A stretch of 64,000 nt of DNA from Podarcis vaucheri (Eukaryota). Position numbers and translations under genes: made by a program. Shown piece after piece: positions 1 to 13,311 of the stretch (the first letter of the stretch is position 1; every line of letters starts with the position of its first letter). The notes beneath the pieces were generated by a model that was not told where the DNA came from, made no database searches, and was given only the letters and a program-made list of their open reading frames with translations. Location of the stretch: the NCBI GenBank assembly GCA_965113315.1, contig OZ220368.1; one strand, written 5' to 3'.

Positions 1-2810
1 TTCACATCGTGGTGACTAATGTGAAGATTCTCCTCTGCAGCTAGCTTGAGCATAAGCCTAATGCTCTCATATCTCACAGTGGGTGAGTAGGTCTCGTGAT
101 AGTCTTCACCTGGTACCTGTGCAAAACCTCTGGCTACCAATCTGGCTTTGTGTCTGACTATCTTGCCATTTTGATCAGTCTTCGCTTTGAAGACCCATTT
201 GCTTCCAAGCAGTTTCATTCCTGGAACTACTGGAACTAGCTCCCAAGTTTTGTTCCTTTCCAAGGAATCAAGCTCAACCTTCATTGCATTTAACCATGGC
301 TCAGCTTCCTTAGAATCCAAATCCTGGATTTCTTGGAAACTTGAAGGTTCAAATACCTTCTTGGAGCTTTTAACAGCTGCTACTGCTGTCTTAGCAAATT
401 CATCAGCAAATCTCTTTGGAGGTCTGCCTTTTGTGGCTCTTTGTGACCTGCGAATTAGCCTTTGGTCTTCAACACTCTCCTCTTCCTTCTTAGGAGAAAA
501 ATGACCTATTGTGAACAATGGTTCTTCCAATTCCTGATCAGAGCTTTCAGAGGGTCGCATAGAGGCTTTCGCACTCTTGAAATCCTCTGAATCACCCGAT
601 TCAGTTTCAGACTCAGAATCAGAACCTTCATCAGTGGGTGTGGGTTGCTGTTGTTGCTTATCCTCAGTCTCATCACTGTCATTAGGATAACATTGGAAAA
701 TTCCCACGTTCTCCCCCCACTTGGCATTGTACTCAACACTTCTTGTGAGCCTAATTGTCTTAGAGTCAGTCATCATTATTCTGTAAGAACCTTTCTGATA
801 ACCTAGAAAGATACCATGCAAACCACGCTTGCCTAACTTGGAGCTTTGTGGTGAATGAATCCACATATCAGAACCAAATATTTTCATGTGTTTGATGTAC
901 GGTTTCTTACCAAACATCTTTTCATAGGGGGTACAACCAATCGCTGAAGATAACCTGCGATTGTAACTGTAAACAAAACACGAGAGAGATTCGGCCCAAT
1001 AACTCTCTGGAAGATTGGCATCATGCAGCAAGGTTTTTAACCCTTGAAGCAATGTTTGATTTGCCCTTTCGCAAAGTCCATTCTGCCATGGCGAGCGAGG
1101 ACTGGACAAATCGTGTTGAATTCCTTTCTCAGTCAGAAAAGCTTCAAACTGCTGAGAAGTGAATTCTCCCCCGCGATCTGTGAAAAGAATCTTTATCTTC
1201 TTACCATGCACATTTTCCAACCAAGCACAGAATTCCTTGAACCTTGGAAAAGCCTCTGATTTCTGCTTGAGATTATACACGTAAATATACCTGGAAAATG
1301 CATCAATGAGAACCATGAAGAACCTATTTTCACCCAAAGAGGGCGATAGTGGACCGACTAAATCAGCATGAACAATCTGGTATGGTTCTGTAGCTTGCCT
1401 ACTAGACACCTTACCTTTCGCAGCCATTTTCACCTTGTTTGCTGCGCATGCTTTGCACTTCATGTGGTACCTGCAGGGTTTTATAGTCATACCTTCAACC
1501 AAGGTAGGCATTTTAGATACTGCCTCAAAATGCAAATGACCAAATTTCCTGTGAAAATCATGAATACATCCTGCATGCAAACTTTTGTTAGAACCTGCAA
1601 TGCAACAAGTATCATTCTGCACAACATCATCATAATACAAAACAAACAAACGATCAACACATTCAGCATGCAATACATAATCGTCTTTCTTTGTGATGGT
1701 GCATTTCTTGTTCTTGAAGGAAACGTCAATGTTCCGTTCATTCAGCTGCATCACACTGAGAAGATTGTGTGTGGCATCTGGAACATACAGTACATCCTGT
1801 ATCGATAAGTCCAAACTGTGAAGAACAATAGTTCCGTAGCCTTGACTGGGGATCGTGTGATCATCCGCCTGGTGAATCGCACCTTCCTGCGGTGTAAAAG
1901 ACACGAACAGTCTCTTGTCATTGCACATGTGGTGGGTAGCTGCTGAATCAACAACGAAGAAAGATCTAGACGTCTTCTGGACCTTTGCGACCTTCGGAGT
2001 GAAGCGTGAGACCATTGCCTTGTGCTGCATTGTCCTGGACACCGGACCTTTGCCTTTGCTTTGGCCTTTTCCACGCGATGAGCTTCCGCTGCGCTGCTCT
2101 GTCTTGGCCCTGGGATATTTGCATTCCCTCTTCATATGGCCTAGACGTCCACACGAGTAGCATTTCACTGCCATCAAAGCTTTGGCGCCCTCTGGTGGTT
2201 CCACTGCACTCTGGGATGTCATCTGTGAAGACTCCCCCATACCCATGCAGCTAGCACCCCGGCGATCTGCTTCATTCTGGATCACGGCAGTAACATAGGC
2301 TACTGTGAGCTGAGCAGTTGGTTGAACAGCAATCTGAGTGGCAACGGACTCCCAACTTGGACCCAAAGAATGTAGAATCATAAAGGAATACACAGCCTCT
2401 GGAAAGTTGAGTCCTCTCTGTTGCAGCTCATGTCTCAGATTCTGCATCTCCATCAGGTGTTTACGCACATCTCCACCTTCAGCAAGAGCCATGCCATAGT
2501 AGTACATTGAGGAACCAGCTTCTGTCCTGAAGTGAGCTTCTCTTAAAGTGTTCCAAATTTCTCTGGCTGTGGTCTTGCCACGCAACAGACAGAGCTCTTC
2601 TGGGGATACTATCAATGTAAGCGTTCCCCTTGCTTTGGAATCCTTAGCAGCCCATTGATCTGTAATTGGAGCTGGGGGGTTGTCTGTAATAACATTAAAC
2701 AGACCTTCTTTCCGCAGAATTGCCTCTGCATATAGCACCCAGTTCGCGTAATTATTCTTATTGAGCTTAGGAATCCCAAAAGCATCAGCCAGCTTTGCAT
2801 CAGCCATCAT
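1..2810 (-). CDS. Copia gag-pol polyprotein, single open frame of at least 936 codons, 3'-partial
   Basis: Manual translation: MMADAKLADAFGIPKLNKNNYANW (gag N-term), CYSCGRLGHMKREC (CCHC), FVVDSAATHHMC (protease), HRKFGH...CKAC, VHADLVGP / FTDRGGEF / QNGLCER (integrase DDE), KWVFKAK...KARLVARGFAQVPGEDY...HHDV (RT); no stop seen. Confidence 0.92.
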   Translation of the reverse strand, partial: MMADAKLADAFGIPKLNKNNYANWVLYAEAILRKEGLFNVITDNPPAPITDQWAAKDSKARGTLTLIVSPEELCLLRGKTTAREIWNTLREAHFRTEAGSSMYYYGMALAEGGDVRKHLMEMQNLRHELQQRGLNFPEAVYSFMILHSLGPSWESVATQIAVQPTAQLTVAYVTAVIQNEADRRGASCMGMGESSQMTSQSAVEPPEGAKALMAVKCYSCGRLGHMKRECKYPRAKTEQRSGSSSRGKGQSKGKGPVSRTMQHKAMVSRFTPKVAKVQKTSRSFFVVDSAATHHMCNDKRLFVSFTPQEGAIHQADDHTIPSQGYGTIVLHSLDLSIQDVLYVPDATHNLLSVMQLNERNIDVSFKNKKCTITKKDDYVLHAECVDRLFVLYYDDVVQNDTCCIAGSNKSLHAGCIHDFHRKFGHLHFEAVSKMPTLVEGMTIKPCRYHMKCKACAANKVKMAAKGKVSSRQATEPYQIVHADLVGPLSPSLGENRFFMVLIDAFSRYIYVYNLKQKSEAFPRFKEFCAWLENVHGKKIKILFTDRGGEFTSQQFEAFLTEKGIQHDLSSPRSPWQNGLCERANQTLLQGLKTLLHDANLPESYWAESLSCFVYSYNRRLSSAIGCTPYEKMFGKKPYIKHMKIFGSDMWIHSPQSSKLGKRGLHGIFLGYQKGSYRIMMTDSKTIRLTRSVEYNAKWGENVGIFQCYPNDSDETEDKQQQQPTPTDEGSDSESETESGDSEDFKSAKASMRPSESSDQELEEPLFTIGHFSPKKEEESVEDQRLIRRSQRATKGRPPKRFADEFAKTAVAAVKSSKKVFEPSSFQEIQDLDSKEAEPWLNAMKVELDSLERNKTWELVPVVPGMKLLGSKWVFKAKTDQNGKIVRHKARLVARGFAQVPGEDYHETYSPTVRYESIRLMLKLAAEENLHISHHDV

Positions 2811-3095
2811 TGCTGCTTTAATCAAGCTGTGTCACAGTACTGCAGCTTTTTCCAAAAGCACTTTTAAAAAGTACTTTCGCTTTCTCAGCCATTGCCTTAA
2901 ACTGTATCGCGGCAAAACGGCTTTAAAAGTTCAAAGTCCAGCCATAAAACCATAAACTAGGAGCTGGCAGGCTGCCAGGCTGCTCCGGGCAGCATGAGCA
3001 CATACCTTCATCAATCAAACTTGATGCGCAGAGCAGATAACGCGATCCGTTCCTCTGTACCTCTGCCGGCACTCCTCAGTTTGATTTACGTCTTT

Positions 3096-3109
3096 CTGGG
3101 CCCATAACC
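3096..3109 (-). promoter_or_regulatory. Copia primer-binding site (internal tRNA-iMet fragment type)
   Basis: Reverse complement GGTTATGGGCCCAG, 4 nt inside the LTR end. Confidence 0.85.
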
Positions 3110-3113
3110 AAAA

Positions 3114-3425
3114 TGTTGATATTGCAGAGTCCTTTGCACAACGGAATGATGAACAGTACGTGCCACATGCTTAAAGTTGCTTTATTCTCAGTTCAGTATT
3201 GAGAAGTTACAAACATGCATCTTGCCTCTGCTGGAGCAGAGAAGCAACCGTCCTTCTTCTCGGAATAACGAACACCGAGAGAACAGTGAAAAACAGGAAA
3301 CCAGTGTACGTCACATCCAGCTTCCCATTCCCGTGTGAAAACCCAACAGTGCTCTGACTGTGGAATGTAAACATTGTCTTGTGACAAGCACTTCTGCTGC
3401 ACAGTGAAGAGAGCAGAAACCAACA
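3114..3425 (-). repeat. Copia 5' LTR (312 bp)
   Basis: TGTTG...CAACA inverted termini; minus-strand AATAAA at 3186-3181; adjacent PBS. Confidence 0.8.
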
Positions 3426-4076
3426 CAGACAACCATACCTTGGCTTAATAAGCTGAGATGTGAATGAGCCTCATGCACCCACAGACGGCGGCTTCACCTT
3501 TTGCTTCGTACAAGTCAGGAAGTTTCAGTTAGCTATAGTTTCCCCTTACATTCCGACTGGGAACTGATGGTTTCGAGCTTCCAAACAAGCCAGAATACAA
3601 ATCCTTGGTTTAACATTGGTTTAGGACCGTGACATGTTTAGGAATCATTAACTATAGTTTCTCAGCTTGAACAGAGTTACATATATAGTTTATTAACTAC
3701 TGTTAATTAAGACTAAATCGTTACACTCATGAATGAAAGAACAAAACAGTTGCACTCGGGGAACAAAGCTCACTCATATCTTGGCTTAGTGTGTAATGTG
3801 TGGTCTTTTAAACTTGTTTTGCTGCACACACTGTCCAGTGTGATAAAATGATGGGATTTGTCCACATTGACAAAATACTTTGAGGCAGACTCCCCCCCCA
3901 CGTTATTATTTTTCCTGCCCCCCCAAAAAAAATTGTTCCCCAAAGTTATGCAGGCATAGCCCACACCACAGCCATAGTCCTGTTTTTCATGTGATTCTGT
4001 TAACATTATGTGCCAACCCTTCCTTTAAATCTTGGCTCCAGATTGCACTTTACAATATCTTGTTGATCATTTTCAG

Positions 4077-4166
4077 GGTTTTTATGGAGAAAGGTTTGGT
4101 GAAGATGTTGTTGAAGTGATTAAGGACTCTAACCCTGTCGACAAATGTAAATTAGATGCCAACAAG
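4077..4166 (+). CDS. DOCK7: DOCK7 exon (DHR-2 region) [30 protein letters not shown]
   Basis: ag/gt boundaries, 90 nt, DOCK-C family sequence. Confidence 0.95.
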
Positions 4167-4662
4167 GTAAGAAGCTAAAAATAAGTATCAAGTTGGACAT
4201 TCCTGTATCTAGTGTGAGAAGTGCCCTTGTTCCTGGCTTGTGCATAGCTACAAACTATGGTTCCAGAAAATAAATTGAGTGGCTAAGATGATGCTGCACC
4301 AGGGCCATTTATCTCAGGATCTCCCTGACCTTATCCACACGCCTCTCTCAGTCTAGATACAGGTATCAGGTATCAGTTTTTAGACAATTTTCACCAGGGA
4401 GACTGAGGCAAGAGTTGTCTGCTTTCACAGACTTTTGTATCTTTGCAACTGGCTCTGAGATATAAGTTCAGAGTGTGGAGGACAAAATGGCGGCAAGTTG
4501 TGCTTTCCACTGGTGTGGGCCTCGTTCTGTCTCTTGGTTAATGCCCCTTGCTGCTCACTCACAAACATAAAAATTCTGCAGCAGGAGCAGCGTCACGAGT
4601 GAATGAGGGCCATGCGCGGTTGCTAGTTGGCTGGTGACTATTCTGCAGTGTATTCCTACTAG

Positions 4663-4932
<270 letters not shown>

Positions 4933-5211
4933 TGATGGTAACTGTAAATTTAAGAGGGAGAAATGCCAGAAATAGAGGGGGAATGATTAACATAAAAAAT
5001 AATGCGCTCAGTAAAGTTTCAGCTTGCTGATTATTGATTGGCATGTGTTTTAGATGCATTTACAAAGCTGCTTTTACTGCAAAAGCCTGAGAGGAGGAGC
5101 TTTTATTTCAGGTGTCAGGTTTTGATACTGATGATTACTATTGCTGGGAAACTGCTCTAATTTTTTCGGTAGTACTTTGCATCTAGCAACTGGGAAAAAG
5201 AAAAATCAAGA

Positions 5212-5368
5212 CACCTGTATAGCTCAATTGGTTACAGTGTGGTGCTGATAACACCAAGGTTGCAGGTTTGATTCCCTGCATGATATGGGACAGTTGCATA
5301 TTCCTGCATTGCAAGGGGTTGGACTTGATGATCCTCAGGGTCCCTTCCAACTCGACAATTCTGATTCT
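5212..5368 (+). mobile_element. tRNA(Ile)-derived SINE with CR1-like 3' tail (Squam2-like)
   Basis: Head TAGCTCAATTGGTTA..GGTGCTGATAAC..GGTTTGATTCC; tail GGGTTGGAC..GGTCCCTTCCAACTC..ATTCT. Confidence 0.7.
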
Positions 5369-5466
5369 CCCTTTATTTAGGAGTCTAAATTAAATTTTCT
5401 CGTAATCACAATGAAAAGGGAAATCCCTGATGTTCTTCTTAAATTTTCCTGTGTTCGTTTCCTTAG

Positions 5467-5628
<162 letters not shown>

Positions 5629-6451
5629 TAGGTCCTGTCAGTGTCTTGATCACAAAGGTCCATGAGTACAACCATTAAGACTTGCTTATTTTAAAAAACA
5701 TTGTCAAAAATGGGTTCTGAACATATATTGCATATAAACAGTAATAATAGTGTATATAAATAACTTGTTTTGTATTGAAGAACTAAGAGGACAGTATTAT
5801 TGAAGTAGTGGCTAACAGAGTGTGTACAAATGCAAGTAATTTGAGTGTGTAGAAGCACATTCGCCAAGTTTCACTCTCTGAAGCAAAGTGGTTCTGTGAG
5901 TTAACAGCAGAAGCAAGGGGTGCACACTTTTGATTGAATGGAACATGTGATGTAGTAATCTCCCCTTCCCAGGACAGAACATCTCTAAAAAAAGATTCAC
6001 TTTTTTTTTAAAGGCAGACATTTCACTGAATAGCAGTACATAATACATGTTTGCTCCGAAGAAAGCCCTGTTGAGTTCAATGGGACTTATTCCTAGGTAA
6101 ACATGTCTATGTGATACCTAAAAACTAGAGGTCAGTAGTGCCCACCAACAAGTAGGGGTAGGCGTCAGACCGAATCAGTATTTGAATCTTTGCTAAGTAC
6201 TGTCAACTGCATTGTCTGGAGGGAGCCACACATATTTAATGAGAGTGTGGTGGGTCCTAATTTGAGATCTGTTTGTATGCATCCTTAGAGCTGCTATAGG
6301 CAACATTTGAAAGCAATCCTTGTGCAGCTCTGCCTTCTTCTTGACAGTTGCATAAATGTCCACGTAGAGAGGAAGAGAAGGGAGGTTGTGGAGTGTGGTC
6401 CTAGTGGGGAGACAGCCTAAAGAAATTCTATGGAGTCTTCCATGTATGTGA

Positions 6452-6652
<201 letters not shown>

Positions 6653-6753
6653 TAATTGTCCTAAAAAAGATCATGATAGATATGTTGATCAATTGTCTTG
6701 TGGCGGGTCTGATTACTTACTTTAGTCCCTTCTCACCATGCAGCCCCGATGTA

Positions 6754-6979
6754 CAGTCGTACATAGGAAGTCGAACAGAATCCGTTCGACTTCCAAAACA
6801 TTCGGAAACCAAGGCATGGCTTTCGATTGGCTGCAGGAATCTCCTGTAGCCAATCGGAAGCTGTGTCGGACGTTCAAGTTCCAAAAGATTGTTCGCAAAC
6901 CAGAACGCTCACTTCCGGGTTTGCGGCGTTCAGGAGCCAAAACGTTCGAGTTGCAAGGCGTCTGACTTCTGAGATACTG
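6754..6979. mobile_element. Tc1/mariner (Tigger-like) MITE
   Basis: TA|CAGT...ACTG|TA termini; related copies at 39935-40091 and 63792-64000. Confidence 0.65.
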
Positions 6980-7594
6980 TATATTGCTTCTTAATTCATT
7001 TCTGCATAATTTAGAAAATTCCTTGAAACTTTATCCTACATTCCTCAAAAAAGCACAACTAAGGCGTACAACAGATTTGGCATTATTAGGTGGCACTGAT
7101 GTTCTTCCAGCACGTCTTGGCCTTGATCCATGAATGCTGACGCACTTTCAGGAGCAGTCCCCTTTTTTCTTTTCTAAGCAAGGGGCATTCTGGACATGTA
7201 CGGTGAGCACTTTCCTGCTGTTAAACAAGGAAACACAGAAAACCTCACAGTGCTTTGTATTTACCATTTATATACATGTTGGAGAACCATGTATAGCCAG
7301 CTGCTTTGGTATAGAAGCAGTAGCTTCATTTCTTTTTAAATACTGTTAGACAGCTTTAGAGAAATCAGATTTCTAGGATGACTTGGAGACATCTACTCCA
7401 AGGAACAGAAAGACTGATGTTTTATTGTGTGAAAGCCAATTTTGGCATTGCAGTCACTCTGCGTTGGAAGTTTCGGATGTTTCCAAATAAGTGCAATTAG
7501 TGTTGTGGCCCAAGGAGTGTACGCAAAGGAGACAGATACAATGCTGCTGGCTGGCTCCAAGAGGGTAGACTATGGTCACTTTCCTATTGTCTGA

Positions 7595-7780
<186 letters not shown>

Positions 7781-7998
7781 TAATTTTTATATGTTAACAT
7801 CTCTTGTTAATGTTTCTTTAAAAGGTCTCCTGGATAGGAAAAGTACATGGGAAGGCAAATTGAAAGTTCCTATCTGTAGTGATATAAAATCATTACAATT
7901 ACTTTACTAACACCCCTATATCTGTGGCCCCAAGCCCTCTTTCTCACACTTAAGAAGACCAGAGCCTTAGGCTTCTAGTCACCCCTGAGATAGAATAG

Positions 7999-8359
7999 GT
8001 AAAGGTAAAGGTACCCCTGCCCGAACGGGCCAGTCTTGACAGACTCTGGGGTTTGTGCGCCCATCTCACATCTATTGGCCGGGGGCCAGCGCTGTCCGGA
8101 GACACTTCCGGGTCACGTGGCCAGCGCGACAACGCTGCTCTGGCGAGCCAGAGCCGCACACGGAACGCCGTTTACCTTCCCGCTGGTAAGCGGTACCTAT
8201 TTATCTACTTGCCCCCGGGGGTGCTTTCGAACTGCTAGGTGGGCAGGCGCTGGGACCGAGCAGCGGGAGCGCACCCCGCCGCGGGGATTCGAACCGCCGA
8301 CCTTTCGATCGGCAAGCCCTAGGCGCTGAGGCTTTAGCCCACAGCGCCACCCGCGTCCC
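7999..8359 (-). mobile_element. Full-length young Sauria (Squam1) SINE
   Basis: GGGACGCGGGTGGCGC head, (ACCTTT)n tail, TSD CTGAGATAGAATAG (7985-7998 / 8362-8375). Confidence 0.92.
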
Positions 8360-8492
8360 TTCTGAGATAGAATAGAACTAGTTAATTTTATAGCTGCACA
8401 TGCAAACACTTTGTGTAGCAGAATATTACTCACCACCAGACTCTGGTGTTCAGCTTGGGAAGTAGCTTATCTCATTGTTTTTTCCTCCCCAG

Positions 8493-8535
8493 AGATTCCT
8501 TCAGCAGAATGAGCCTTCGCAAAATGGACATCTGA
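8493..8535 (+). CDS. DOCK7: DOCK7 last coding exon DSFSRMSLRKMDI*
   Basis: Matches the DOCK7 C-terminus; TGA at 8533-8535. Confidence 0.95.
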
Positions 8536-10502
8536 GCATCTTAAAATACACTTAAGAATTTTAAGGTACTGAACAAACGAGTGCAGTGTCATCAACACCG
8601 GGAATTTGGAAATAAAACTTTGGACTTTGTTCAGGACACCATGCACACATTTTACCAATTTACATGGAAGTGTTAAGTGGCCAAATTTCCCTTCTGAATT
8701 ATTATATAGACTTCAAACCTTTTTTAACCCCATGGCAGCAGTATACAAACTACTGGTGAGACTGTAAACACAACTGTTTTTTAAGACATTTTTTAATATT
8801 CAGAGGTACTCCAAATGCATCAACCATTATTTATAGCATTCTTTAATGTTAAATTTGTTTTTGTTTTAGTTCATATATTTATTTTATATTAGGAGCATTT
8901 GCAAATGCATTTAAACCATTTTTAATGCAGTGTTTATTTTAATGGTACCATTAAATATTTGAATGTTTACACTTTATTTCTTGGTGTGCCAGCTTTTAAA
9001 ATTCATCTTTGTGTGAAAAAAGATCCTAGAGAAAGGTAAGTACAAAATGCTTTCATTTTTAAACTTTTAAACTTTTGTGTCACGTGGCTATGGTTACATT
9101 GGGCTTGTGCCTCAAAATGCTGGGATGACCTTGGGGATATGTGGGTCCACAAAAGCCAACCTATTTCTAAAGCGCTAATTTCCAGTTTCAAATACTGTTT
9201 TGGGTCACTGAAAGTGAAGCAGGGACTTTTGGCTTTCAAGCAGACATGAGGTGATAAGTAGCTCATCTCTTTCATTCCTGTTGCAAGGCTAAGCTGGCTT
9301 CAGCAAAGGATGCTGCACAGGAAGGAAGGACTTGTATAAAGTAGACTGGGTGTTCACATGATGTATTCATTACATAACACTGCTACTGCTTCAGTGCTGC
9401 CTGTTTTTTGCAAACTGCTAGTTCAGCATCAAGGCTGCAATCCTAACCCCTTATTTGAGAGTAAGCCCCAATTCAATTCAGTTGATTGACGAACATTTGT
9501 AAACCACTTAATACAGAGAAAAAACTCTAAAGCAGTGACTAACTTCTCAGTAGATATGCCTACTACAAAATTTTATGATTCTCTTCGAAAACTATACCAT
9601 CATACTGGAAAATGTTGTAACTGCCTTTAGCCAAAAATACCTTTAGTCCACCTTGTGCTCAATTACAAATCATATTTGAAAGGGATGAAATCTGTAAAAG
9701 CCACTACTGTTAGAATAGTGTTAAGGTAAGTGGAGCACATTGAAAATTCAGTTCACAGATTACACAAAAGCAAACCTAGTTTTAGCATCACATGTACATT
9801 CAATAGAAAGTACCAACCAATCAAACCTCCCTTATGCAACCCATGCATTTGTTGCCTTCAAAAGTACTGCATGCCTAAAATGTGAAGTGGTCCTTAGAAA
9901 CTGGAACCCTCTGTATTGGTACCTAGCTATGCTTATCTTTTAAAGAAAAATTTCAGTAGTTTAAATATTTATACTAAAATAGCTTAACCTGAACTCAGAA
10001 ATAAAACTGAAACACCAAGTCATGTATGCATTCCTACCTTGAAACTGAGATGAGCATCCCACCACATATTTTGACTGTATGAGGAACAATGGAGAAGGGT
10101 AAGGGCACAAAAGAAGCAATTACTTTTTCAGGTCTTATGGCTTTAGAAATAAAGAAAAAATATATTTTGTTTGCAAAAGCAATTGGATTTATTTATATCA
10201 ACTATACACTCTAGAATATGAGTACAAATAACTTTATTTTTAAAGAGAGCGAATATGAGTAGTGTGACGAAATTAGAACCACCTTTAAATGCTACTGTGC
10301 TCTTAAAGCATTTTATTCAACAGACTATATATACAGGTTTGTATTGCTATGATCTGTATATAATCTATAAAGATAATTACCCACTTTTAAAAAATCATCT
10401 CATTTTTACAGAATCTTAGTCTGGTGAATCATTCTGTAGCTTCATAGGTGCTCTTCAGTGCTGATCAGATGCTAAACTTATTTACATAGTTAAAATACAA
10501 CC

Positions 10503-11223
10503 TCACTCTACAATTTTCTTATAAAACAGCAGGTAAGGAGTAGATGTAGATGAGGAAATGGGGGACAGAAGGTTGAGAAAGTCTTTTTCCTCTGTAACTT
10601 TCACTTCGGAATCATCAAAAAGTAGCCACTTCCCCTCATACTCTTTCAAGCTCTGCATTATATGCATTGCTTTATTTTCTAGTCCGATAGCAGGATCAGT
10701 TTGCTCACAGCGTTCAAACTCCGCAACTTCTTTAGCATGGCTATGCTCTGCATTTTTAGTTTCAGTGACTATGTTAGCCATCATCTCAGAATGGGTTGCT
10801 TTGTTGCTTGGCAAATCACAGTTCAGCTTGCTTTTTTGTCCTCCAAGAAGCCCCACAGCTTCTATATTCTTTTTGTTCAGTCCTTTGTTAGGCTGAGCAC
10901 TTCCACTGACTCTAAAGGAGACCTCACCGTCGTCATAGTCCTCAGTGACAGCTCTTGCTTCTTGTTCATTCAGTGGCTCTGGGTGAATTTTACAAAATGG
11001 ATCACTTGTTAAATTGTCCTTGTCCAATTCCAAGCTATCCAAATTTGTAATTTTAACAGAGGCTGTGTAGTGCCCACTGCTGATTGTAATACCGCTGTGC
11101 ATCACTACAGCAAACAGTCCATATATTTCGTTGCCTGGGTTTATGCTCCAGTCATCCAAAGACAGCTTGAGAGGTGTCTGTAAAGGAGTATTTATCTTGG
11201 ACAGCCCACCGTAACAATCAAAC
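10503..11223 (-). CDS. USP1: USP1 last coding exon (His box HSGITISSGHY, GG autocleavage site LLGGQK, FDD)
   Basis: Motifs plus acceptor ccccaag|G; stop at 10505-10503. Confidence 0.97.
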
Positions 11224-13311
11224 CTTGGGGAGAAATGTAATAAATAGATTATGTTGTCACTTTGCACAGCTCTTTTAAATTTTAAAATTCATCTAGTTTG
11301 CTTTCCTGTTGCTCTAGGATATCAGTCACTCTTAAACTTGGATTCTCTTAAATTTGCATTATCACCAAGTAATATTGCAAACCTTGAACCAAAATGAGGT
11401 ACTCTAGTGCTTAGCTTTTAGATCTCCAACATATTAAGATACTGTACTTAATTTCTTGCTGTAACAAATCAAGTGACTGAACAACAGCAACTTTTTTCAT
11501 TTTTTAAACTATTACAAAGGTAATTTTTTTTTGACAATTAGGTATTTCAAAAGACAGCCCAATAGGTAAGCAATTTGCATAGGTATTTCTGAATAAGCAT
11601 TACAACAAGACACCAGCTAATTTCCCCCCATCTCTTTGCACTTACAAATTGTAAAATAATTTCATGTTTCACAACAGTGAAATTCATATTGGGGACAGTT
11701 GAGAGAATCCGCTCAATAGATAATTCAATTTCAGATATGCCTTTAATTTACACTTAAACTTCCAGTAAAATAACAGCAGGAACTGTTGGTTGCCTTGTTT
11801 TTATTACAATCCACTGGTTTTTGCCTGAGGTATCTAATATTTGAAAGCTTACAAAAGATAGTCTATAATTATATGCTGATTGGTGTTTAAATAGCAAGGA
11901 AAGCCATACAATAGTGGAAAATTAAGAACAGGGTTTATTTGGCAATATATTTTATGTATTATGAACATGACCTAAATAGATATAATGTGGGACTACAGTG
12001 GAAGAGATACCTGTTTTAAAATATTTAAGACCTTCCATGAGAAACAAGAAACAGTGGGAAGAATAGAATACATATTCTAACACACATTTATTAGTGGATA
12101 GATCTTAATCATTTAAGTCTTTTGAGAGTTTGCAACTAGTGAAAAAATAATGGCAAGTAAGCCAAGACAATTGATTCTCACCGTGCCTAGAAGTAATCAA
12201 GGAAGCTACCCAGCAGTCTTTCCTTGCTAATGGGGTGCTTGCTAGTTTAGGCACACTCACATAAAATACTATCATTGTACTATTGCCTAATTTATTTTTA
12301 TTTCTCTAGACAACTGTACACTTTGTAGTATTTAGGTCTGCTTTAGCACGGTCTACCTGTTGAAGAAAATATTCATCACCAGGTGAGTAGAATTTAATAT
12401 TGGCTGCTTTCCCAACAAAGCGTGAGTTACAAGAAAGTACTTGACTGTGACCAAAGTAATGACAATGAAGCACATGACTTTTATTTTAGAAGGAGGATTT
12501 TGCTTAAAGGTACATGCACACTAAGGGAGCAATCCTCTGGAAGCATGCTGATGTAAATTAAGCCACTGTAAAATTGCACCAGATGCAAACTCCATTAAGC
12601 AGCAGGGCTGCTCCTGCCAAACCTGGTTGAGGGAAAACAAGCCTTTTAAAAATAAGTGTTCTACAGTAGGTTGCCAGCTCATGTGACTGAGCTGTATGAG
12701 CTTAGAATCCAGCCTTCCCTAGTCCTGCCCCATTACACCCCGTTTTTGAGGACAAACACCAGCTTCAGCTCAAGCGGGTTAAGCAACTTACACCAGGCTA
12801 AACTAAACTAGGATTGGGAGATCCGCTGCATCCTGAGCTGCTTGTGCTGGCAGATCTTTCCATAGGAGGGATATTTGCATGCATATAATTTGGAAAGAGC
12901 TGGAAACTTTTAACACCCCATATGGTCTGACTAATTTTTTTATTTCAAAAGTAGTGGCAAGAACAAATAATTTTAGGCACACCATTTCTGGAAGTCTTGT
13001 ATCTTCCCTCCCTGCATTCAGAAACACTGATCACACAAGATCCCCATGAGTGTATATCTTTGTTGTAAGGATGTAAGAAGCTGCAGGATATGTCCCACTG
13101 CTCTCTCCCCCTTCATGCTTAGAGGAACTGAGCTACTGTGCAAATTCCATGGGAAGCACAATCTCAACAGTATATTTTGGGATACCTAACAATATAGTTC
13201 ATGCTCTTCTTTCCAGAAGTTAAATTCACTTGATGTGGGTTCCATTTTATTATTTTATATTTGTGCAGTTTTACTTCCAGTAGTTCAATGTGGTTTATTC
13301 ACTATACTCAC

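Larger units (their letters stand above)
1..3425 (-). mobile_element. Ty1/Copia LTR retrotransposon (5' part; continues beyond window start), antisense within a DOCK7 intron
   Basis: LTR TGTTG...CAACA at 3425-3114, PBS GGTTATGGGCCCAG, domain order gag-PR-IN-RT (Copia order). Confidence 0.95.

Noticed and set aside
187-2955. Short ORFs listed on both strands over the Copia element
   Set aside because: They are antisense or off-frame shadows of the single gag-pol frame
5212-5290. tRNA-Ile(GAT) gene
   Set aside because: Stems are degenerate and it is fused to a CR1-type tail, so it is a SINE head
8036-8329. 97-aa ORF repeated at 46706-46999
   Set aside because: Chance frame within GC-rich Sauria SINE copies
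11224-11267. N-terminal extension of the 254-aa USP1 ORF
   Set aside because: Intronic; the exon begins at the acceptor at 11223
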